DNA from: Nitrososphaerota archaeon
GTDB lineage: Archaea > Thermoproteota > Nitrososphaeria > PSMU01
Reading direction: 5' to 3'
NCBI GenBank assembly: GCA_040290255.1
Contig: PSMU01000001.1
Coordinates: 224,001 to 288,000 of the forward strand
Length of the DNA stretch: 64,000 bases
Part shown: positions 1 to 9,123 of the stretch, one piece after another
How the letters are laid out: each line of letters opens with the position of its first letter
Position numbering within the stretch: the stretch's first letter is position 1
Translations under genes and position numbers: made by a program
Notes under the pieces: generated by a model
The model's input: only the letters and a program-made list of their open reading frames with translations
What the model was told of the DNA's origin: nothing
The model's database searches: none

Positions 1-2
1 AC

Positions 3-1127
3 GATGAGGAGGTCATCAGGGCCGTGGCCGAGGAGTGGAGGTCGGTGCGAAGCCCGCTCGTGGTGGACCCCGTGATGGTGGCCAAGAGCGGCGCGCGGCT
101 GCTGAAGGAGGAGGCCGTACGGGCGCTCATCGAAGAGCTCCTGCCCCTGGCCACGGTGGCCACGCCCAACATCCCCGAGGCGGAGGTCCTGAGCGGGCGG
201 CGCATCGACGGCCTGGAGGCCATGGAGGAGGCGGCCCGCAGCATCGCGGGGCTCGGGCCCAGGGCGGTGGTGGTCAAGGGCGGGCATAGGCCCACGGGCT
301 CTAAGGTCGTGAACGTGCTGTACTGGGAGGGGAGGTTCTGGAGGCAGGAGCTCCCCTATCACGAGACTAGCACCACGCACGGCGCCGGCTGCTGCTTCTC
401 CGCGGCCATCGCGGCCGAGCTGGCGAAGGGGGCCAGCATCGAGCGGGCCGTCGAAGCGGCCGGACTTCTCGCCAATAGGGCCATACAGCACGGGCTGGCC
501 CTGGGCGGGGGCCATGGCCCCGTCAACCCGCTCGTAGAGCTCTACTCGAGGGCCGATGAGCTAGCGACGCTGCAGGACGTGGAGAGGGCCGCGCGCCTGC
601 TGGAGGAGGCGGGCTCGGGCGCGCTGCTGAGCCCCGAGTGCCAGATCAACGTGGCCATGGCGCTACAGTACGCGCGTGATGCGATGGATGTGGTGGCCAT
701 CCCCGGCCGCATCGTGAACGTGATGGGCAGGCTCCGGGCCAGCGCGCCGCCCAGGAGGGGCGCTTCAAGGCACCTGGCCAGCTACCTGCTCGCGCTGAGG
801 CCCCATGCCCCCGAGCTGAGGGGCGCCGTCAACATACGCTACTCGAAGGAGTTCATCGAAAGGGCCAGGGCGCTGGGGCTGCGCGTTTCAGGCTACGACC
901 GCCGGGCCGAGCCGCCCGATGTGAAGGAGAGGGAGGGCGCCACGACGCGCTGGGGGGCCGAGCAGGCCCTGAAGGCCCTCGGCAGGGCGCCCGACGTGAT
1001 CTACCATGAAGGGGACGTGGGAAAGGAGCCCATGATCGTGGTGCTGGGAGGGACGGCGACGGAGGCCGTCAGGCGGGCGCTGAGGATGGCGGGCCTGCCC
1101 GAGCCCTCGGGAGCAGGAACTTCCTGA
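3..1127 (+). CDS. thiD: Bifunctional HMP/HMP-P kinase and ThiN thiamine-phosphate synthase (5' end outside the window)
   Basis: VVDPVM, TPNIPEAE, VVKGGH and THGAGC ThiD motifs, followed by a ThiN domain (GASRH, NIRYS, D-G-GKEPMI). The frame is open to the window edge. Confidence 0.92.
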   Translation, partial: DEEVIRAVAEEWRSVRSPLVVDPVMVAKSGARLLKEEAVRALIEELLPLATVATPNIPEAEVLSGRRIDGLEAMEEAARSIAGLGPRAVVVKGGHRPTGSKVVNVLYWEGRFWRQELPYHETSTTHGAGCCFSAAIAAELAKGASIERAVEAAGLLANRAIQHGLALGGGHGPVNPLVELYSRADELATLQDVERAARLLEEAGSGALLSPECQINVAMALQYARDAMDVVAIPGRIVNVMGRLRASAPPRRGASRHLASYLLALRPHAPELRGAVNIRYSKEFIERARALGLRVSGYDRRAEPPDVKEREGATTRWGAEQALKALGRAPDVIYHEGDVGKEPMIVVLGGTATEAVRRALRMAGLPEPSGAGTS

Positions 1128-1719
1128 TGAAATACCTGTGCAGCCTCGTATCGCCCGAAAGCTCGGGGTGAAAGGTCGTGGCCAGCACGCTGCCCTGCTC
1201 AAGGGCGACGATCGCGCCATCGGGCAGCTTGGCCAGCGGCGTGACGCCCTCGCCCACCTGCCTGATGATGGGCGAACGTATGAAGACCGCCCTGTAGGGC
1301 GGCGGGCCCAGCACGGGTATCTCTATCTCGGCCTCGAAGGACTCCCTCTGCCTGCCGAAGGCGTTGCGCTCCACGAGCACATCCAGCAGGCCGAGCAGGG
1401 GCTGTGAGGTCTGGCCCACCACGCGATCATAGGCCCTCTTGGAGAGCAGGATGGCCCCCGCACAGGTGGCGAAGATGGGCAGCCCGCCCGCGATCTTCGC
1501 CTTCAGGGCCTCATGTAGGCGCGAGTAGAGCGCCAGCCAGCCCATCACCGTACTCTCGCCGCCCGGCATCAGGAGCGCGCTCACCCCCTCTAGGTCCTCG
1601 GCCCTCTTGACGTGCACGAAGCTGCTCTGAAGCCCCTCCTCCTCGAGCGCCCTCCTCATGGCTCCTTCGTGCTCCTCCAGGTCTCCCTGAAGCGCCAGGA
1701 TGCCTATCTTCAGCTCCAT
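1069..1719 (-). CDS. pdxT: PLP synthase glutaminase subunit
   Basis: GILALQG, PGGEST, ATCAG, RNAFGRQ and FHPEL motifs. Start placed at ATG 1719. Confidence 0.95.
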   Translation of the reverse strand: MELKIGILALQGDLEEHEGAMRRALEEEGLQSSFVHVKRAEDLEGVSALLMPGGESTVMGWLALYSRLHEALKAKIAGGLPIFATCAGAILLSKRAYDRVVGQTSQPLLGLLDVLVERNAFGRQRESFEAEIEIPVLGPPPYRAVFIRSPIIRQVGEGVTPLAKLPDGAIVALEQGSVLATTFHPELSGDTRLHRYFIRKFLLPRARAGPPSSAPA

Positions 1720-1758
1720 GGTGGGGAACAAAGGCCGGTGCAATATAAGCTATCCGCG

Positions 1759-2577
1759 CTAGGCCCTGGCGGGCAGGCCCCTCAGGAGCTGCCCCTCATT
1801 TGCCAGCGCCTCGAGCGCCAACTGCGCGGCCCTCTTGCCGCTCAGCAGCATGGCGCCGAAGGTCGGCCCGGGCCTGGGAAGGCCGAAGGTCTCGGCCACC
1901 GCCATGCCGGCCACGATGAGGCCCGGGTAGATCATGCGCGTATGCTCCACGATGGCCTCCTCCGACCTCTCCACCCACATGGCCCCCATGCCAGGGATCT
2001 TTATGATGCCCCTCTCATCGAGCCGCTTCACGCAGGCCGCGTCGTGGCCGCTGGCATCGATCACGACCTTCGCCTCCAGCGCGATGGGGTCCACGCAGGT
2101 GACGTTCCTGGGCAGGGCGGCCACGGGGCTCCAGTTCACGACCACGCCCCTAACCCTCCCCTCGCGCAGGATCATGTCATCCAGCTGCGTGAGGTTCAGC
2201 ACCTTGGCCCCCGCTTCGAGCGCGGCACAGGCGAGCTTGGCGGCGGCATAGGGGGCGCTGGCCACGAAGAGCCCATCGCCCCTGGGCTCATACCTGATGC
2301 CCAGCTCGTCCAGCACGCGCTCGGCCGGGTGCCTGAAGGTGGCTATGTTCATGAGGTAGCCGCCGACCCAGAACCCGCCGCCCAGGTAGTTGTTCTGCTC
2401 GATCAGCAGCGTCCTGTGCCCGGCCCTGGCGAGCTCCCTCGCCGCGATGAGGCCGGAGGGCCCGGCGCCCACGACGATGGCGTCGCTCTCCAGCAGCCCC
2501 CGGAGCTCCTCTGCGAAGCGGCTCACGATGGCCTCGCTCACATCCTTCTCCCTGGCCCTGCTGTCGAAGAGAGCCAT
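1759..2577 (-). CDS. thi4: Thiazole synthase Thi4 (Cys-type)
   Basis: VGAGPSG dinucleotide motif, GGGFWVGG, TCVDP, DASGHD and PRPGPTFGAMLLSG. ATG 2577 lies about 25 nt downstream of a TATA-like box. Confidence 0.93.
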   Translation of the reverse strand: MALFDSRAREKDVSEAIVSRFAEELRGLLESDAIVVGAGPSGLIAARELARAGHRTLLIEQNNYLGGGFWVGGYLMNIATFRHPAERVLDELGIRYEPRGDGLFVASAPYAAAKLACAALEAGAKVLNLTQLDDMILREGRVRGVVVNWSPVAALPRNVTCVDPIALEAKVVIDASGHDAACVKRLDERGIIKIPGMGAMWVERSEEAIVEHTRMIYPGLIVAGMAVAETFGLPRPGPTFGAMLLSGKRAAQLALEALANEGQLLRGLPARA

Positions 2578-2656
2578 GAGGTTCCGGCTTCCGGAGCGCA
2601 TATAAGGTTGGCTATAAGCGACTTATTCTTAATAACTGCGGGCGGGCGCCTGGCGC

Positions 2657-4222
2657 GTGGCAAGGGAGGACCTGCTCGACCGCCTCAAGGCGCTGGCCAG
2701 GATCGTGGAGGAGGGCATCGACCCCTATCCTCACAGCTTCACGCCCACCCACGCCATAGCCGAGATAAGGAGGGCCAACCAGGGCGAGCTAAGGCTGAAG
2801 GGCCCGCTCGCGACCGCGGGGAGGGTGATGGCCATCAGGAGGCACGGGAAGGTGCTCTTCGCGGACCTGCTGGATGAAGGCGAGCGGCTTCAGATCTACC
2901 TCACCGCTGAGCGGCTGGGCGACAGGTATTCCTGGTTCCTCAGGAACATCAACAGGGGCGACTTCCTGGGCGTAAGGGGCGAGCTCTTCTTCACGCAGAA
3001 GGGCGAGCTCACGCTGAATGTGGATGAGTACGTGCTGCTGGCCAAGTCCCTGCTCGAGCTGCCCAGCAAGTGGCATGGGCTCAGGGACGTGGAGGAGAGG
3101 TACAGGAAGAGGTACCTGGACCTACTGCTGAACGGCGAGGCCAGAAGGATCCTGCTGGTGCGCTTCTCGCTCATCAGGGAGCTCAGGAGGCAGCTGGAGG
3201 CCCGTGGGTTCATAGAGGTCGAGACGCCCATCCTCCAGCCCCTCTATGGAGGGGCCGCGGCCCGCCCCTTCAGGACGACGATAAGGGCCCTGGGCGAGGA
3301 GTGGTACCTGAGGATCTCGGAGGAGCTGCCGCTGAAGAAGCTGCTGGTGGCGGGCTTCGATAGGGTCTACGAGATAGGGAAGGTCTTCAGGAACGAAGAC
3401 ATAGACGTCATGCACAACCCCGAGTTCACGATGCTGGAGGCCTACCAGGCCTATGCGGACTACAACGACATGATGAGGCTCGCCGAGGAGGTGCTCTGCG
3501 CCGCCATCAGGGGCGTGCTGGGGGGCTATAGGGTGAGCTGGATGGGCAAGGAGCTGGACTTCACGCCGCCCTGGCGGCGCATAAGGCTCTACGAGGCCCT
3601 CGAGAAGTACGCCGGCGTGCGCGCCCAGGAGGCGGCGGAGGAGGAGCTGCGCTCGCTCCTCAGGCAGAAGGGGCTCGAGGCGCCCAGCGAGATGCCCCGG
3701 GGGCTCCTGCTGGAGAAGGTCTTCGACCTCTACTGCAGGCCTCAGCTGCTGAACCCCACCTTCGTGCTCGACTATCCTCGTGAGACGACGCCGCTCTGCA
3801 AGCCCCATAGGGCCCAGCCGGGGCTCGTGGAGCGCTTCGAGCTGTTCGCGGGCGGGCTCGAGCTGGCCAACGCCTACAGCGAGCTGAACAATCCGCTGCT
3901 GCAGCACAGGTTCTTCCTGGAGGAGCAGAGGATACATGCGGCGGAGGTGGAGATGGCCCACCGCTATGACGCGGACTTCGTGGAGGCGCTGATGTACGGC
4001 ATGCCGCCCGCCGGCGGCATCGGAATAGGCATCGACAGGCTGGCCATGCTGCTGGCCGGGGCCCCGAGCATAAAGGAGGTGCTGCTGGCGCCCATCATGA
4101 AGAGGGTCCTCAATCCATCGCCCTTCGAGGGCGTAGAGGTGGAGGAGCTGACGCGCAAGTTCTTAAAGGAGGCGCCCCCGCTCAGGCCAGGGACGGGCCA
4201 GTGGTCTAGCCTGGTAGGATGA
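2657..4222 (+). CDS. lysS: Lysyl-tRNA synthetase, class II
   Basis: N-terminal OB fold (AGRV..R.HGK), RYRKRYLDL, GGAAARPF, FRNE (motif 2), HNPEFTMLE and GIGIDRL (motif 3). Confidence 0.95.
   Translation: MAREDLLDRLKALARIVEEGIDPYPHSFTPTHAIAEIRRANQGELRLKGPLATAGRVMAIRRHGKVLFADLLDEGERLQIYLTAERLGDRYSWFLRNINRGDFLGVRGELFFTQKGELTLNVDEYVLLAKSLLELPSKWHGLRDVEERYRKRYLDLLLNGEARRILLVRFSLIRELRRQLEARGFIEVETPILQPLYGGAAARPFRTTIRALGEEWYLRISEELPLKKLLVAGFDRVYEIGKVFRNEDIDVMHNPEFTMLEAYQAYADYNDMMRLAEEVLCAAIRGVLGGYRVSWMGKELDFTPPWRRIRLYEALEKYAGVRAQEAAEEELRSLLRQKGLEAPSEMPRGLLLEKVFDLYCRPQLLNPTFVLDYPRETTPLCKPHRAQPGLVERFELFAGGLELANAYSELNNPLLQHRFFLEEQRIHAAEVEMAHRYDADFVEALMYGMPPAGGIGIGIDRLAMLLAGAPSIKEVLLAPIMKRVLNPSPFEGVEVEELTRKFLKEAPPLRPGTGQWSSLVG
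4160..4168 (+). promoter_or_regulatory. Putative TATA box of tRNA-Val, embedded in lysS
   Basis: TTCTTAAAG about 27-35 nt upstream of the tRNA 5' end, in otherwise GC-rich DNA. Confidence 0.5.
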
Positions 4223-4268
4223 CGCCCTTACACGGCGTTGGTCGCCGGTTCAAATCCGGCCTGGCCCA
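4195..4268 (+). tRNA. tRNA-Val(TAC), no intron
   Basis: Acceptor stem GGGCCAG/CTGGCCC; anticodon arm ACGCC-CTTACAC-GGCGT; T arm GCCGG-TTCAAAT-CCGGC. Confidence 0.96.
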
Positions 4269-4273
4269 CCCGC

Positions 4274-4663
4274 CTATGGCTCCTCCGCAAGGACCTCGCG
4301 CAGCTCCTGGGCGCTGCCCCTCAGCACGAGCTCCAGGGCGTTCTCCTGGCCCGGGGTGAGGCGCCCCCTCAGCAGCTCATCCTTGCGCAGCCGCAGGACC
4401 AGCTCGGCCCTGCCGGCCTCGACCTCCTGCCTGAGCGCCCGGCGCAGGTCCTGGGGCAGCGCCCTCAGCAGCCTCAGCGCCAGGGCCCTGGCCCCCTGGC
4501 CCCTCAGCTCGGCGGTGTAGTAGAGGATGGGGTTGCCGAAGTGTCCCTGAAGCCTTTGTAGCCGCAGCTCCTGCGGAGGGAGGCCCAGCCCGCTCCTGAG
4601 CGCGGCCAACACCCTCGGCTCGTCCTCGGTGGCGTGCAAGATGAGCGAAAGCCTTATCCTCAC
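4274..4663 (-). CDS. Predicted RNA-binding protein (COG1325-like, exosome-associated)
   Basis: HATED and GHFGNPI motifs. GTG start at 4663. Confidence 0.8.
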   Translation of the reverse strand: MRIRLSLILHATEDEPRVLAALRSGLGLPPQELRLQRLQGHFGNPILYYTAELRGQGARALALRLLRALPQDLRRALRQEVEAGRAELVLRLRKDELLRGRLTPGQENALELVLRGSAQELREVLAEEP

Positions 4664-4735
4664 AGCGCCGGCTCTGCCGCTTGGGGGCCCAGAGCCTTTA
4701 TTAGCTTTGAGAGGGCCCGGGGGGAGAAGGCGAGG

Positions 4736-5752
4736 ATGGCCCTTATGCTTCTGGGCATCGAGTCGACCGCCCACACCTTTGGCGTGAGCGTCGTGGAGGC
4801 CGAGGGCAATGAGGGCCGCATCCTGAGCGACGTCAAGGAGGTCTACAAGGCCAAGCCCGGCTCGGGCATAGAGCCGGGGGAGGCGGCGCAGCACCATGCG
4901 GCCGTGGCCCCGGGGCTGCTCGCGCGGGCCCTTAGGGCGGCGGGGACCTCGGTGAAGGATCTTGCCGCCGTGGCCTACTCGGCCGGCCCCGGCCTGGGCC
5001 CCTGCCTAAGGGTGGGCGCCACCGTGGCCAGGGCGCTGGGACTCTACTATCGTAAGCCGCTGGTGCCCGTGCACCACGCAATAGGGCACATCGAGCTGGG
5101 CTGCCTGCTCACGGGCGCGCGTAACCCCATCGTGCTGCTCGTGACCGGAGGGCACACGGCGATCCTGCTCTTCTCGTCCGGCAGGTGGAGGATCTTCGGC
5201 CAGACGCTCGACATAACGGTGGGCAAGCTCTTCGACCAGTTCGGCAGGGAGGTGGGCCTGAGCAGGCCGGAGCTCGCGGGCTTTGGGGGGCCCTCCATCG
5301 AGGCCCAGGCCGGGCGCTCCTCCGCGTACCATGAGCTGCCGTACAGCGTGAAGGGTAACGACGTGTCTTTTTCCGGCCTGCTCACGGAGGCCCTGAGGCT
5401 CTGGAGGGGCGGCGTGCCGCTGGAGGAGGTCTGCTTCTCCCTTCAGGAGACGGCCTTTGCGATGCTGGCCGAGGTGGTCGAGAGGGCGCTGGCCTTCACG
5501 GGGCTCAGGGAGCTGCTGCTCGTGGGCGGCGTGGCCGCGAACGAAAGGCTGAGGGCCATGATGCAGGGGGTGGCGAGGCGCTATTCGGCCTCCTGCTATG
5601 CGATCCCAGCGCAGTATGCGGGGGACTGCGGGGCCCAGATCGCCTGGGCGGGGGCCCTGGCGCTGGCCTCGGGCATGAAGGTGAAGCCCGAAGAGGCCTT
5701 CGTCCGGCAGGCCTGGAGGATCGACAGGGTGGCGGTCCCATGGAGAGGCTGA
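4736..5752 (+). CDS. kae1: KEOPS t6A threonylcarbamoyltransferase Kae1
   Basis: LGIESTAHT, GPGLGPCL, VHHAIGHIE, GGHT and GGVAAN motifs. Confidence 0.95.
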   Translation: MALMLLGIESTAHTFGVSVVEAEGNEGRILSDVKEVYKAKPGSGIEPGEAAQHHAAVAPGLLARALRAAGTSVKDLAAVAYSAGPGLGPCLRVGATVARALGLYYRKPLVPVHHAIGHIELGCLLTGARNPIVLLVTGGHTAILLFSSGRWRIFGQTLDITVGKLFDQFGREVGLSRPELAGFGGPSIEAQAGRSSAYHELPYSVKGNDVSFSGLLTEALRLWRGGVPLEEVCFSLQETAFAMLAEVVERALAFTGLRELLLVGGVAANERLRAMMQGVARRYSASCYAIPAQYAGDCGAQIAWAGALALASGMKVKPEEAFVRQAWRIDRVAVPWRG

Positions 5753-6372
5753 TGGCCAGGGGGGCGGAGGCGGACCTCTTCTTGGGCCGCTGGCTGGGCC
5801 ACGAGGCGGTGGTGAAGGTGCGGCCGCCGAGGGGCTATAGGCATGAGCGGCTCGATGTGGCGCTACGTGCCAGGAGGACGCTGAGGGAGGCCGAGCTGCT
5901 GGTGGCGGCGAAGCTCGCAGGGGTGCCCACGCCGCAGCTCTTCTTCGTTGACGCGAAGGGCATGAAGCTGGTGATGGGCAGGGTGAAGGGGAGGCGCCTG
6001 AAGGAGCTGTTGGAGAGGAGCCCCTCCAGGGCCCTTCCGCTCTTCCAGCAGCTGGGCCGCCATGTGGCCCTTCTGCACAGGAGCGGCATAATGCACGGCG
6101 ACCTGACCACGAGCAACGTCTTCGTGAGCGATGACGGCGTGCTCGTGCTCATCGACTTCGGCCTCTCCTACCGCTCACAGAGGGAGGAGGATATGGCCGT
6201 GGACATACACCTCTTAAAATCCGTGCTGGAGGGGGCCCACACGAGGAGCGCGCGGAGGGCCTTCTCGCTCTTCATGAAGGGCTATGCCGAGCTGCTGGGC
6301 GATGCGGCGCCGCGCATCCTAAAGCGCGTCTCCGAGATCGAGAGGAGGGGAAGGTATGCGAGGGAGGGATAG
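5752..6372 (+). CDS. bud32: KEOPS kinase Bud32
   Basis: GAEA, RRTLREA, HGDLTTSN and IDFGL motifs. TGATG overlap with the kae1 stop. Confidence 0.93.
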   Translation: MARGAEADLFLGRWLGHEAVVKVRPPRGYRHERLDVALRARRTLREAELLVAAKLAGVPTPQLFFVDAKGMKLVMGRVKGRRLKELLERSPSRALPLFQQLGRHVALLHRSGIMHGDLTTSNVFVSDDGVLVLIDFGLSYRSQREEDMAVDIHLLKSVLEGAHTRSARRAFSLFMKGYAELLGDAAPRILKRVSEIERRGRYAREG

Positions 6373-6940
6373 CGCCGGCCGCGCCGTGCTCTATCTATCG
6401 CGCAACGCCCACAAGTATGAGGAGGCCAGGGCGCTGCTGGGGCAGGCCGTGAAGCTCGCCTTCAGGCCGATGTCCTTCGTGGAGCCCCAGCTGCTCAGCG
6501 TGAGGGCGGTGGCGCTTCACAAGGCCAGGCAGGCCGCGGTCCGCATTAAGGGCCCCTTTTTGGTGGAGGACTCGGGCCTGTATGTAGCGGCGCTGCGCGG
6601 CTTTCCGGGCGCGCTCTCATCGCCCGTCTTCTCGCTGCTGGGCAACGAGGGGCTGCTGAGGCTGCTGAAGGGGGAGCGCGACAGGAGGGCCGTCTTCAGG
6701 GCCTGTGTGGTCTATGGCGAGGGGGGCAGGCCCGTGAGGCTCTTCTGCGGCAGCGTTACGGGCAAGATCGCCCAGGAGCCCCGGGGCTCGGGCGGCTTCG
6801 GCTTCGACCCCATCTTCGTGCCCAGGGGAAGCGCGAGCACCTTCGCGGAGATGCCTTTGGAGCTGAAGAACAGGCTCTCGCACCGCGCGAGGGCCCTGCG
6901 CCGCTTCGCGGCCTGGTTCGGGGCTAGGGAAAGTTTATGA
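6356..6940 (+). CDS. rdgB: Non-canonical purine NTP pyrophosphatase (Ham1/RdgB family)
   Basis: N..K, EDSGL, GFPG, FGFDPIF and KNRLSHR motifs. Confidence 0.92.
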   Translation: MRGRDSAGRAVLYLSRNAHKYEEARALLGQAVKLAFRPMSFVEPQLLSVRAVALHKARQAAVRIKGPFLVEDSGLYVAALRGFPGALSSPVFSLLGNEGLLRLLKGERDRRAVFRACVVYGEGGRPVRLFCGSVTGKIAQEPRGSGGFGFDPIFVPRGSASTFAEMPLELKNRLSHRARALRRFAAWFGARESL

Positions 6941-6964
6941 ACTGAGCACACCCCCGTCGCCCAG

Positions 6965-7414
6965 ATGGCGCGAACTCACGCTCATAGGAGGGGGCAGTCC
7001 CACTCGAAGCGCCCGCCTTATCCAAAGGAACCCAGCTGGCTCACCTATAGCAAGGAGGAGGTGGTGGGCCTGATCCTCAAGCTGGCAAAGCAGGGCCTGG
7101 GCCCCAGCGAGATAGGGCGCAGGCTGCGCGATGAACACGGCATCCCGCTGGTCAAGCCCATCGTGGGCAAGACCGTGACCGAGGTGCTCAAAGAGGAGGG
7201 ACTCGCGCCGCCGCTCCCGGAGGACCTGAGCAGCCTGATGCAGAAGGCCAACAGGATTCAGGAGCACCTGAGCAGGCATAGGGGGGACAGGAGGAGCGTG
7301 CACAACCTGGAGCTCGTGGAGGCCAGGATTCATCGCCTTGCCAAGTACTATAAGAGGGAGGGCATCCTGCCTCAGGACTGGAAGTTCAAGCCCACGATAG
7401 CCCAGCTGGAGTAA
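6965..7414 (+). CDS. rps15: 30S ribosomal protein uS15 (S15P/S13e)
   Basis: MAR.H..RRG.S.S.RP, LRDEHGIP, LPEDL and RIHRLAKYYK motifs. Confidence 0.96.
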   Translation: MARTHAHRRGQSHSKRPPYPKEPSWLTYSKEEVVGLILKLAKQGLGPSEIGRRLRDEHGIPLVKPIVGKTVTEVLKEEGLAPPLPEDLSSLMQKANRIQEHLSRHRGDRRSVHNLELVEARIHRLAKYYKREGILPQDWKFKPTIAQLE

Positions 7415-7415
7415 G

Positions 7416-8849
7416 ATGGGCGATCCCAAGGCCCTGGCCGAGGCCGCCGAGGAGGCCGCGGAGCTCCTCCTACGCCAGGTGAGGAGGGGCAGGCGGCTCA
7501 TCATAGTCGGCCACCTCGATGCCGATGGGCTCACCAGCAGCAGCCTGCTCGCGAAGGCCATCTACGGCGAGGGGGGCCACTTTCACCTGACCATCGTCAG
7601 CGACCTCACGCCCCAGCTCGTGCGCACGCTGGCGAAGGATGAGAGGGGCTTCTACGTCTTCGTGGACCTGGGCGCGGGCCTGGCCAAGGACCTGCAGGAG
7701 AACTTCGGGGATAGGTGGCTGGTCATAGACCATCACGAGCCCCCCGAGGAGGAGCGCGCGCTGCCCTCCGTCTTCAACTGCTGGAAGTACGGCTATGATG
7801 GCGGGGAGGAGGCCTGCTCGGCCACGATGGCGTACTTGGTGGCCAAGGCCCTGAGGGCCAGGAACCAGGGCGAGGCATGGCTGCCTGTGCTGGGCGCGCT
7901 GGCGGACAGGCAGGATAGGGGCGAGGGGGGCTCGCTGATATCGCTGAACAGGGCCGCGCTGGAGGAGGCGCAGCAGTACAGGCCCGACGGCGCCACGCCC
8001 CTTCTTCACATGTCGAGGGACCTCCTGCTGCCCGGCAGGGAGACGAGGCCGGTGCATGAAGCGCTGGCCGCGCTCACGCTTCCCTACCTGCCCAACCTCT
8101 CGGGCAACAGGGATGCCTGCTACTCGGCCCTAAAGGCGGCGGGCCTGAGGCTGAAGGAGGGCGAGAGGTGGCGCGTGCTGGCCGAGCTGACCGAGGACGA
8201 GAAGAAGCTGCTGCTGGATACTATATTGGCCCACGTGCAGGTGGAGGGGAGCAAGGACTGGCTCCTGCAGGAGCTGGTGGGCGAGGTCTACACGCTGCTG
8301 TACGAGGATAGGTTCACGCCCCTAAGGGATGCGAGGGAGTTCTCCACGCTGCTGAACGCCTGCGGCAGGACGAGGCGCCACTCGCTGGGCGTGGCGCTCT
8401 GCATGGGCGACAGGGGGCCCGCCATGAACGAGGCCGTGAGGGCGCTGCGCGAGTACAGGCAGACGATCACGGGGACCGTGGCCCAGCTCACATCGCTTCC
8501 CGAGAAGGTCATCGAGAGGGGCCCCCTCGCGCAGGTCATAGGCGATGGCATCGTAACGGAGGAGATGACGGGCGTGATCGCCTCCGTGCTCAGCTCGCTG
8601 CCCCGCTTCGCCAGGAGCTTCCTGTTGCTCAGGAGCGCCACGGTGGACGGCGACATAAAGCTCTCGATAAGGGCGCCCTACCTCTCGCCGACCCGCGTGA
8701 ACCTGGGCCAGGTGATGAGGGAGGCGGCGCAGAAGGTGGGCGGCATAGGCGGGGGCCATGCGAGGGCCGCGGGGGCCCGCATCCCCTTCTTCGCCTATGA
8801 CAAGTTCGCGCGCGAGGTGGCCTCATGGCTGGAGGGCCATGCGCCATAG
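7416..8849 (+). CDS. DHH-family phosphoesterase (RecJ/GAN-like)
   Basis: HLDADG, DLG, DHH, LLNACGR and GGGH..AAG motifs; conserved position between rps15 and pcc1. Confidence 0.88.
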   Translation: MGDPKALAEAAEEAAELLLRQVRRGRRLIIVGHLDADGLTSSSLLAKAIYGEGGHFHLTIVSDLTPQLVRTLAKDERGFYVFVDLGAGLAKDLQENFGDRWLVIDHHEPPEEERALPSVFNCWKYGYDGGEEACSATMAYLVAKALRARNQGEAWLPVLGALADRQDRGEGGSLISLNRAALEEAQQYRPDGATPLLHMSRDLLLPGRETRPVHEALAALTLPYLPNLSGNRDACYSALKAAGLRLKEGERWRVLAELTEDEKKLLLDTILAHVQVEGSKDWLLQELVGEVYTLLYEDRFTPLRDAREFSTLLNACGRTRRHSLGVALCMGDRGPAMNEAVRALREYRQTITGTVAQLTSLPEKVIERGPLAQVIGDGIVTEEMTGVIASVLSSLPRFARSFLLLRSATVDGDIKLSIRAPYLSPTRVNLGQVMREAAQKVGGIGGGHARAAGARIPFFAYDKFAREVASWLEGHAP

Positions 8850-9096
8850 GGCCAGGCTCGAGGTCCTCCTGGGCGCCAGGGAGGCCCGCGCGGTGGTGGG
8901 CGCACTCAGGCCCTCGAATGTCCGCCTCCCGGAGGGCATGAGGATAGCGATGGGCGCGCGGAGGGGGCGGCTCGAGGTGCGCATAGGCATGAGGGATGGG
9001 CTCTTCACGCTTCTTTCCACGCTGAACGAGCTGCTGGCGGAGGCCGAAGCGGCCTGGCGGGCGCTGCTCGTGGCCAAGGAGGCCAAGCTTAAGTAA
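8839..9096 (+). CDS. pcc1: KEOPS subunit Pcc1
   Basis: 85-aa ORF with an ALRPSN...LSTLNELL pattern; syntenic between recJ and rps3ae. Confidence 0.7.
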   Translation: MRHRARLEVLLGAREARAVVGALRPSNVRLPEGMRIAMGARRGRLEVRIGMRDGLFTLLSTLNELLAEAEAAWRALLVAKEAKLK

Positions 9097-9123
9097 AGGC
9101 GCCAGGTCGGGAGCGCGGTCGCT

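Noticed and set aside
1612-2877. 421-aa plus-strand ORF, and similar long ORFs at 16507-17889, 36899-38101, 42907-44277 and 56648-57523
   Set aside because: Antisense shadows of well-supported genes, expected at high GC3; no recognisable motifs.
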